Shown here piece by piece: positions 52,620 to 64,000 of a DNA stretch of 64,000 nt (its first letter is position 1; every line of letters starts with the position of its first letter). The stretch covers positions 3,100,001 to 3,164,000 of the forward strand of contig OX597814.1 of the NCBI GenBank assembly GCA_951406725.2. The letters are read 5' to 3'. The notes under the pieces were generated by a model. That model was not told the origin of the DNA and made no database searches. It was given only the letters and a program-made list of their open reading frames with translations. Both the position numbers and the translations under genes were made by a program. The DNA is from Octopus vulgaris (taxonomy: Eukaryota).

Positions 52620-53865
52620 GCATGGTACATGTATTCGTAAATTGGTATTTTTGTGTGTTGCTTCTCTAGTTTTGTGCGCACACATCTGTTCCCATGTGTG
52701 TGTGAATGTCTATTTAGAGACGATGCATGTGCATAAGCCGGTATAGTCATGTGTGTACATATGTGTGTATATGTGTGCGTCACTATTTGTGTATTGTTGC
52801 TGTTGTTGCTGTATGTGAATACACGAATGCCGTTACAACTAAATTGCTAAGAGGTTCTATTCCCAGGTCCATCAAAATCTTTCAAACGATAAGGGAAATG
52901 AAAGGAAATAGTTGAAGCTCACCAGAGGCACAATACCAGTGATACAAATGTCAAAGCGTGTCAAAATAACTCGTCCTGCATGAAAAGAGCGAATATGTGA
53001 CCGTGGAATACTCAGTTAGCTGCACCGTATGAAGGTTAGTGAATATCTCACATCACCGAAAATGATGGAAAACCCTGTAGATACTGCAGGTAAGACCTAC
53101 TCCATTTGAATACAAGTGAATGTTAAATGTACATAGCTATTCCACTCATCACTATTAAGAGTGACTCTAATTAATTCCAGCTTGACAAAGCTTTGCATAC
53201 ACCAGCAAACGTAATATTTGCTTTTTAAACAGAACTACGGCAGTTCCTAATGGGCACAGATTCGGTGCCTGTAGCTGAGGAGGTGTAACGACGCAGAAAC
53301 AAATGACAAATGGTCATATTTTCTATGGGGTCTTTTCTTCTGAGACACTCACGGCAACGAAGTTCTTTCCACGTTTGAGTGTTTACGAAACAAATATAAA
53401 TGAACACAATTTTATTTGCTTTCTACTATATTCACTTGCATATATAGATGTGGTTGTATGTGCGTATGTGGCCGTAGGTTTGTGTGTGCGGATTCCGGGT
53501 GGGTGTGTCTGTGTGTGTCTGTGTATGTGTGTGCCTGCTGCATGCAGGTCCGTGTGATCCAAAACGGGATCTGCCACTTCGCACTAATCCCTAAAAAATA
53601 TTGATATATTTGTCCTAAGAAACACTGAAATAATAAAAGTCTTGCATGAAATTGGATTTAGTCAATCGCAAAGTGTGGAAAGATGTTCCGACTGTTGTTG
53701 CGCAATTTCACCCAATAACTGCATCAAACGGTCTCCCTGGTTCTGCTGGAGACACAACAATGGTCACTAAATGTTTAAGCGTATCATAGTCGGGACTATC
53801 GTATTTCATCGTGTAAGAATCGCTTTATTTTGAGTGAAACAAAAGTGGTGCCTTTTACGAGGGAC

Positions 53866-54040
53866 ATCATCATCATCATTGTTCGACCGTGGTCGAGACA
53901 ATGGAATTCACCATGCTACGCCAGACTTCACGGTCCATCATGGCATTACGGAGGTCCTGTTGCTGGATGCCTGTATTCCTGGAGATTACCTCAGGGTAGA
54001 AGAGTGTGCGCCCTCTGGTATTGCGAGTAGATGGCTTCCA
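53866..54040 (-). mobile_element. RTE-like LINE 3' end with (GAT)n tail
   Basis: Minus strand WKPSTRNTRGRTLFYPEVISRNTGIQQQDLRNAMMDREVWRSMV followed by a short tandem-repeat tail. Confidence 0.65.
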
Positions 54041-55584
54041 GAGGAGGAGAGTAGAAATTACTTGTTTTTCAGCTCAGTGCTCAAAGTATTAAGGGGAAAA
54101 TATTTTATACCAAGATTTAACACAAAATTAGGGGTACAAGTTGTATATGAGAAAATGCAGTTTTCCTGCAAATATAGATAGTATTCTGAAAGCTTAGTCA
54201 AGAATTTCTTTCATATTTTAAATTTAGCTCCCACTTTCCAAAGTGTACGACCTAATAGTTCGTACCACGCTTTTGTCCAAAAACTCAACATGCTACCCGG
54301 TTCAGAAATTGAACCGACAATCATTTTCGTAAACCCAACTACTTTACATGTGTTTAAAGCAGTTCGCGTATATAAAAAAAAAACGTTGCATTAATTCTCA
54401 TGTCCTCATATATTAGGCCGTGTTGAATACTGAGAAGTGAAAACAAACATCTTTGACTCTGGAAACTGTGATGGTTATTAAAACCATCTGAAATAAATTT
54501 TTAATTAATAGAATTTGGTTTCTTTAGGATAGGCCATAATTGGATTTAAATATAGATCCCATCAATTTACGTTACGTGTTTTGTCTTAAACAGATTTAAA
54601 CTTGTAAAGCAACAAATATTTTTAAAATTTATAAAATCAAAAAAAAAAAAAGGAGATGCAACATTAAAAAGAAAAATCTGATTTTAGGGAAGAAAGGATT
54701 TTAAAAGTAAATTTTAATCCCTTTCGAATATTGTGCCAGGTTTTAGGAGACCATTCCAAAATAAACATATTATGGGAGTTCTCTTTTCATTAATGCAGAA
54801 AGAGATTTGTGTATTAATAAATAATATACATGAATATTTTTCCTCCAATCCAAAACAAGAGTTTATGGATTAAAGATTCCATCAAGGTAAGAAAAGGAAA
54901 TATTAAAATTACAATTAAATATAAGTGTTAAATATATTAAGTGTTGAATATTATTAAATATAACCAAAATATAAGCTAAATATAATGCAAGTTAAATATC
55001 ATAAAAGCTAAATGTAATACAAGTTTAATATAACAGAAGTGTTAAATATATTATAAGATAAATATAATATTTTTTTTTGATATAACAAAAGCGTTAAATA
55101 CAGTTTAGCATAATTAAAACGCAAGTTAAATATATTAGAAGTTAACTGGAACAGAGAGGTGATTTGTTTAATTGTGTACCCAGTGACACAGCATTGAAAA
55201 GAACTTTGAGAACGTTTCCGCAATTAAATTTGGTTAAATTATCAAGAACATCTAAATATATGAAAGAAGGCAATCTGAGTTTTATTACTTTTTATCCCAA
55301 CACCAAAACATTATCCGTCTCATGATGGGTAACTTTGGAAGTATACTGGTACTTGACTGGTAATACCAAGAAATATATGTATACATACAAGAATTATTGC
55401 TCAATGTTTATCAAATTTCTTGGTGTTTATACAAAATGTTGAAATGAATATTAATTTTCAAAAAAGCGATATATTTTACCTTACAATTAAATTAAATAAA
55501 TTCTCATATGTTATTTTTTTCCCTAAGTTTTAGCAACATCATCGCAATTTACTCTAATGAAAACCTATCTCTGCAAAATTTCAT

Positions 55585-55737
55585 GTGGCTGTGTGGTAAG
55601 TAGCTTGCTTACCAACCACATGGTTCCAGGTTCAGTCCCACTGCGTGGCAACTTGGGCAAGTGTCTTCTACTATAGCCTCGGGCCGACCAAAGCCTTGTG
55701 AGTGGATTTGGTAGACGGAAACTGAAAAAAGCCCGTC

Positions 55738-55774
<37 letters not shown>

Positions 55775-55990
55775 TAGATAGATAGATAGATAGATAGATG
55801 CTTAGCGGTATTTCGTCTGCCGTTACGTTCTGAGTTCAAATTCCGTCGAGATCGACTTTGCCTTTCATTCTTTCGGGATCGATAAATAAAGTACCAGTCT
55901 CGCACTGGAGTCGATGTAATCGACTTAATCCGTTTGTCTGTCCTTGTTTGTCCCCTCTACGTTTAACCCCTTGTGGGCAATAAAGAAATA
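55585..55990 (+). mobile_element. SINE B 5' half (55585-55740), microsatellite, then 5'-truncated SINE A (55798-55990)
   Basis: Direct matches. The A copy begins at its head hairpin (atgcttagcggtatttcg). Confidence 0.88.
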
Positions 55991-56439
55991 TACATTGACT
56001 AGATTTTCTACTTTCATTTCCTTAAAAAAAAAACAAATACAAGAAAACATAGAATGATGCACAGATCAGAGGTACATTTTTTTTTACCTTTTGATGTATA
56101 ATTAAATGATATTAAACATCGTCGTCGTCGTCGTCATTGTCATCACCATCCTCATCACCATCCTCATCACCATCCTCATCACCATCCTCATCACCATCCT
56201 CATCAATACCTGAGCAATTATCACTTTTACATGTTTTACATTCTTCATTTCGTTCGCAGTCTTTCACAGGTAAATACATATTTAATTGTACATATTGTAA
56301 TTAACAATTTTATTCAATTAACTGTAGACTTTAATTATATTCATTTATTTATAATTAACCCTCGTGAAGAACATGAAAATACAAATTAAAAACAAATGTT
56401 TTTATTTTAAATTATATTTTTATGTTAAACGGAATATTT

Positions 56440-56492
<53 letters not shown>

Positions 56493-56701
56493 CAGAAAGC
56501 GAGGGAGCCTCTATTTTGTGGTTCCTTACTCGACTGGCATAAAATAGCAGCCAAGTAACCCTCGCTTATCACCGTAAGTTAAAAAGATGGATCTGATGAG
56601 GCAGTCCTAGATGTACTGTATTTGAAATGAATTAATTTGATAGGGTCATGGCTGGAGCGCCTTTGATCAGTGGTTGACAACATGATCGCACATCGTATAC
56701 A

Positions 56702-58265
<1,564 letters not shown>

Positions 58266-58413
58266 ACACACACACACACACGCACACACGCACGCACGCA
58301 CACTCACACACATATAAGAACTCAAATTAGGTAATCAACCTTTTTTACAAACGCATGGAATAACTATAGATTCCATTTTGAATATATTTGCACGTATCGA
58401 CATACAAAATATA

Positions 58414-59060
58414 TTGGGTTGCCAACTAAGTTCCCGCCGTTTTTTTTTTTAATTTTGGAATTTATTGCGTTTTTAAATTTTAGAATCTATTTTTTGTGCG
58501 AATTCTATTTTTGAATCAATTTTGCTTTGTTTTGTTTTTTGTTTTTTTTTAGTTGATTCTTGTTTATTTTCAGATCATTAAAATGGAATGTCAAAAAAAC
58601 GAGTATTTTTGACGCCTCCTTGTTTTTTGCTTTTAATCAAGGTTCTAAGGCCGCAAAAGCTGCTCGCGACATTTGTGCTGTGTATGAAGAGGGTGCCATA
58701 GCTGAAAGAACCGCTCCTAATTGGTATGCCAAGTTCAAAAATGGAAATTTTGACCTCAAAGACGCACCTCGTTCTGGCCGTCCAGTTGAGTTCGATGAAG
58801 AGCGATTAAACCAACTTTTGCACAAAAATTCTCGTCAAGCGACAAGGGAACTGGCAGAGAAAATGGAATGCTCCCACACTGCTATAGAGAAGCATCTTCA
58901 CTCGATGGGAAAGGTTCAGAAGTATGGAGCATGTTTTAAATTACAACAACAAAAATCAACGAGCTGCGACTATTCAAGAGAAAATACCTAATCGGCAGCA
59001 TTGAGTTCTTCTGCTGCACGACAACGCCCGCCCTCATATCACAGTATGACCAAGGAAGCG
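58414..59060 (+). mobile_element. mariner remnant (5' TIR, HTH and part of the catalytic domain)
   Basis: TA-TTGGGTTGCCAACTAAG end. Translates to AARDICAVYEEGAIAERTAPNWYAKFKNGNFDLKDAPRSGRP and LLHDNARPH. Confidence 0.85.
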
Positions 59061-59895
59061 TTTGCGTTTTGAGTTTAAAATCCTTCGAGTTCGATTTAGC
59101 TGTTTCTCCTTCAGGTTTCATAAAATAAGTACCAGTCACGCACTGGGGGCTCAGGTAACTGACCACAAAAAAATCGGGTCCCATGTCTCTCTGTTTTGTT
59201 ATATATCGCAGAAGCCACAAGTCCATTATCAGAAAATTCTATTCAAGTGATTGCGCGCGCGCGTGTGTTGGTATAGGGGAGAAGTCCACAAGTGTGCATG
59301 CTTATATGCATGTCTTTGGGAGCATGCACGCGCGCGTGTGTGTGTGTGTGTGCGCGCGCTTTTATTTTCTTGAGAATGCTCGTTTTACGTATCAAGATTT
59401 ACTCTACACTGCAAACCACTTCAGCCCAAAATACCGAGTGAAAAAGGAGTGACCAGCAGAGAGAGACGACGGTGGAAGTGGGAGTGTGAGATTAGAAGGA
59501 GAGGGGAACATTCAAAAGAGAGAGGGGGAGATAGAGAGGTGTAGGAGTAGTGACGAAGCTACGGTTCTGTATTTATCGCCTTTCACAGTATCTCCTTACA
59601 TCTTATTTACAAATACTTTTCATGAGTGTATATGTGAAGGAGAGAGAGAGGAGGGGCTGAGAGAGAGAATGGGGTTATGGTAGTGTGAGCTATGAAGGTT
59701 AAGTTCATCCTGGAGCACAGATTTCAAAGTTGAATGTCCTTTCTCTCAACAAGTAGATGCATGTTCCTGGCTAATATTTTGGGAGGAGTTCTACGCGCGC
59801 GCACACCCAAGACAAACACCTCTGTGTATATGTGTGTGTGTCTGTGTCTATATGTGTGCATGCATTAATGTATGTGTGCGTGTATGCATGCAGTT

Positions 59896-59961
<66 letters not shown>

Positions 59962-60054
59962 ATGTGTGTGTATGTATGTATGTATGTATGTATGTATGTA
60001 TGTATGTATGAATGTGTGTGTATGTATGTATGTAATTTATTCAAATGACTAAAG

Positions 60055-60175
60055 CAAGTTCCTGGCTCAGTCTCACTGCGTAGCACCTTCGGCAAATGTC
60101 TTCTGCTATAGCCGCGGGCCGACCAAAGCCTTGTGAGTGGATTTGGTAGACGGAAACTGAAAGAAGCCCATCATA
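60055..60175 (+). mobile_element. SINE family B 5' fragment
   Basis: Body match. Confidence 0.8.
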
Positions 60176-60189
60176 TATGTGTGTGTGTG

Positions 60190-60236
<47 letters not shown>

Positions 60237-60263
60237 GTGTATATATATATATATATATATGTG

Positions 60264-60451
<188 letters not shown>

Positions 60452-60923
60452 CATCTGTAAATGTAATATGTGACAATTATTCGGTAGCCATGATAAAACT
60501 CCGAGTTTCGGATGCCGAGGTGGAAATCCACGCCGCCGTCTCTTTTACAATAAAACCATAGCAACAAGTTTTCCAATGCAAACAACAAAAAAAGAAACCC
60601 TAGGTGAGAACAGTTAGAGTGTCATTAAAAACTTAATAATTGAAAAGCATTAATTAGAGTTTGCTCTTAATATTTATGAACTCTCTCCCTCTATATGTAT
60701 ATATGTATGTACATGTGTGTGTGTACACATGTATATATCTATGCATATAGGTAGTCATATGTATAACTGTGCATGCATTTGTGTGTATACACGCATATAG
60801 ACCTCTTTGACAAGAGGTGTATATGTCTGTGGCCATTGGAGTCTGGTAAGTTGTCTATAAGGCAAAGTGCTTTGTGGATGTGAAAATATTGGTCACTCTA
60901 TGACTGGGCATATAACTGACTTC

Positions 60924-60986
<63 letters not shown>

Positions 60987-61087
60987 TGGAGTAAGCACAT
61001 GAATGTGAAACAAGATGGGAAAAAGAGTACTCAAGAACCAGAAGTAGAGTAATATGCTTTATTTAAAAGCAGCAGAAATATCACAAA

Positions 61088-61129
61088 AACCGTTACTCAG
61101 AGTTTCACGTTCCCGATCGAAGGACAGTT
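61088..61129 (-). ncRNA. Degenerate hammerhead-like motif, paralog of 32382-32423
   Basis: AACTGT-CCTTCGA-TCG-ggaa-CGT-GAAA-CTCTGAG-TA-ACGGTT, with the same downstream flank and AATAAA. Confidence 0.5.
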
Positions 61130-61151
61130 TGCATACATGATATACAGATAT

Positions 61152-61550
61152 ATTGATATACATACATATATCGCTGTAGCACTTCGTCGGTTGCGACGAC
61201 CAGGGTCCGGTTGATTCGATCAACAGAAAAGCCTGCTCGTGAAATTAACGTGTAAGTGACTGAGCACTCCACAGACATGTGTACCCCTTAATGTAGTCCT
61301 CAGGGGAGATTCAGCGTGACACAGAGTGTGGCTAGGCTGGCCCTTTGAAATACAGGTACAACAGAAACAGTGAGAGAAAGTTGTGGTGAAAGAATATAGC
61401 AGGGCTCACAACCACCCCCTGCCGGAGCCTCGAGGAGCTTTAAGGGTTTTCGCTCAATAAACACTTACAACGCCCGATCTGGGAATCGAAACCGCGATCC
61501 TACGACCGCGAGTCCGCTGCCCTAAATACTGGGCTATTACACATCCGCAT
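61152..61550 (-). mobile_element. tRNA-derived SINE (family C-related)
   Basis: Minus-strand head with B box GTTTCGATTCCC. The 3' part is shared with 62660-62810. Confidence 0.7.
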
Positions 61551-61563
61551 ATATATATATATA

Positions 61564-61598
<35 letters not shown>

Positions 61599-61963
61599 CA
61601 AATCTAACAACAGCAACAATATTATGAAGATTATAAAAGTTAAACCCTCAACCAAAAACCGAGTTAATCTCTCTATTCTGTCACCCGTCACCCCACCCGT
61701 AATATATCCGGAAACTTTCAGTTTAGGGTGTGGTATTTAATATATAGGTCATCCATTTGACGGAGTTTTCATATTAACTGAGATATTTCTGACTTTAGTG
61801 TTGTCGTGGTTGTTGTTGTTGCTGTTGTTGTTGTTGTTGTTTGTGGAAGTGATGGTGCTGTTAATCGTGGTGGATTGTCGTTGTAAGTGGTGATGGTCGG
61901 GGTGTTCTTGGTATCAGGGTTGTTGTTTAGAAAGAGGTAAACTTGATGGTATTGTTGAAAATC

Positions 61964-62195
61964 AGCGGCGAGCTGGCAGAACCGTTAGCACGTCAGGCGA
62001 AATGCTTAGCGGTATTTCGGCTGCCGTTACGTTCTGAGTTCAAATTCCGCCGAGGTCGACTTTGCCTTTCATCCTTTCGGGGTCGATAAATTAAGTACCA
62101 GTTACGCACTGGGGTCGATGTAATCGACTTAATACCTATGTTTGTCCATGTTTGTCCTCTCTATGTTTAGCCCCCTTGTGGGTAGTAAAGAAATA
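61964..62195 (+). mobile_element. SINE family A, full length with a perfect 16-bp TSD
   Basis: ggtattgttgaaaatc at 61948-61963 and 62196-62211. Confidence 0.93.
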
Positions 62196-62513
62196 GGTAT
62201 TGTTGAAAATCGTTGATGTTGTGGTGGTGTTGCTGCTGGTGCTGGTGCTGCTGCTGTTGTTGTTGTTAAGCAACAAGACGGGTAAGGGTGATTAGGTGAT
62301 GGTCTAGGGTTTAGGGGCGGGAGACCCCAGACCTTGGAAAAAAGAAAACTTTGGTCGTCTTGTTGTAGTGGAGGGCTCTTCGTTGACGTCTGACACCACT
62401 GGGAGGTGGCCCTCGAAGTCGCTGGAAATGGAGATCTCCAGGTCCAAATTTTTGGACGACTGCTGCTGGTGCTGGTGGTGTTGGTCCCCAGTGATCTTGC
62501 TGTAGTGGTGTGA

Positions 62514-62810
62514 AGGTGCGTGGCTTAGTGGTTAGGGTGTTCGGCTCACGATCGTAAGCTCGTGAGTTCAATTCCCAGCGACGCGTTGTGTCCTTGAGCA
62601 AGACACTTTATTTCACATTTCTCCGGTCCACTCGGTTGGCAAAAATGAATAGCACGTGATAGTCAAAGGGCCGTCTTTGTTGCGTTCTGTTTCATGCTGC
62701 ATTTCCCTGAGAACTATGTTATGGGTGCACGTGTCTGCGGAGTGCTCAGCCACTTGCACGTCAGTTTCACGAAGAAACTGAAACCCTCGTTGTCGTTACC
62801 AACAGAGAGC
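62514..62810 (+). mobile_element. tRNA-derived SINE family C
   Basis: A box TGGCTTAGTGG, B box AGTTCAATTCC, body gtgtccttgagcaagacactt. Confidence 0.8.
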
Positions 62811-63150
62811 GTGCCAGTTTAGTTTTGTTGTGGTGGTCATGTAGCAGTGGGCATATACATGTTGTGGTTTGTGTTGTGTATGTGTGCTGAGTTTGTACGT
62901 GTGTGCGCGCGTACGTGTGTGTGTGTGTGTGTGTGTAGTGGAAACCTGTTATTATAAGTTGAAAATTAACTGAAAATATGGAATCGTTACGATTCTAGAT
63001 TTTCATATTTTATATAATTTATTGAATTTAAGTTCGAAATTTAGCCATCAATTGGCCTCGTCAGGGTCTGCCAATAAACAGAGGCCAACAACTAGTGAAA
63101 AATCAAAGTCAATATTTATGAGATAGATAGACAGATATGTTTCTTTATTG

Positions 63151-63430
63151 GCCACACAGGGCTGAACACAGAGGGAACAAAATACAAAGTAGAACTTTTC
63201 TTTTTGAGAAGAATAAAGGGAAAAAAAGAAAAAAGGGTGGGGTAGAATTTCAATCAAAAGGGATCATGGAAAAAAAAGGGCCGATCAATAGGTATCGTTA
63301 GCCACACAGGGCCGAAGACAGAGGGGCCAAAATGCAATGTAGAACTTTTCTTTTTGAAAAAAGAAAAAAAGGGGAAAAATATAATTTCGATCAAAAGGGA
63401 TCATGAAAAAAAAAGAGTCGATCGAGAGGG
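63151..63430. repeat. Diverged tandem duplication of about 150 bp
   Basis: gccacacagggc..gtagaacttttctttttga..tcaaaagggatcatg at 63151 and 63301. Confidence 0.75.
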
Positions 63431-63502
63431 ATCGTGTATCACAGAAAATATTATAAATATTACAAAAGGTAGAAAGATAGATAGATAGATAGACAGACAA
63501 AC

Positions 63503-63576
<74 letters not shown>

Positions 63577-63876
63577 AACGAAAGAGGAAAAACGTGAATT
63601 TTCAAATTTGACTGTGTCTATACCGGGTGGCGCATACATAACTAGACCTCGACATGGGCTGAAACTGGCCGACCCCCAAGTTATCTCAGTTGTAGCCCCG
63701 CAAATCTTAAAGACACGACAGAGAAGCAATGTAAAGTCGCGATGTAAAGTCTTCACACACAACACGTGTCTGTTTTGTTAGCAACACATCTGTATCGGTT
63801 AATCCCCATAGATTTCCAGAAATAATACAGGAGTTAAATAGACTTAATTTCCCTAAGGACATCATGTATGTATATG

Positions 63877-63907
<31 letters not shown>

Positions 63908-64000
63908 ACACACATCAATTGCGAGTATATATATATAGTGAGTGTGTCTATATATACATTCATATATATATAATATATATGAACGTGTGTGTGTATGTGT

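Noticed and set aside
52860-53095. Possible plus-strand exon (cccag acceptor, CAGGTAAG donor)
   Set aside because: Stops in all three frames and no other support.
54500-55150. Possible LINE 3' remnant and a degenerate gttaaatat minisatellite
   Set aside because: Too decayed to assign by eye.
56594-56615. CTGATGAGGC as a hammerhead core
   Set aside because: No properly placed GAAA or stem III.

Overview
AT-rich, microsatellite-saturated animal genomic DNA. It is most likely an octopus or other cephalopod intergenic/intronic region, inferred only from the repeat landscape. No host protein-coding gene is convincingly visible, and almost all ORFs in the supplied track are translations of simple repeats. 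The window is a mosaic of three tRNA-derived SINE families (over 30 copies, including head-to-tail multimers), LINE remnants (an RTE clade RT with a stop-free frame, L1/Tx1, CR1/L2-like), Tc1/mariner remnants (mariner, DD37D maT, DD41D rosa), MITEs and two non-autonomous Helitrons. The main unexplained signal is a set of short elements lodged in or beside (TA)n and related microsatellites. They are often arranged as long inverted repeats and carry type I hammerhead-ribozyme-like folds: about 10 recognisable motifs from about 5 families. Most have non-canonical cores (CCGANGA, CUGUNGA, CUGAUGCG), and some have a long insert in stem II. This matches Penelope-like-element termini or retrozyme-like elements, but no Penelope ORF lies in the window. 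A second notable pattern is SINE multimers always rejoined at the same hairpin loop. All calls were made by eye without computation.
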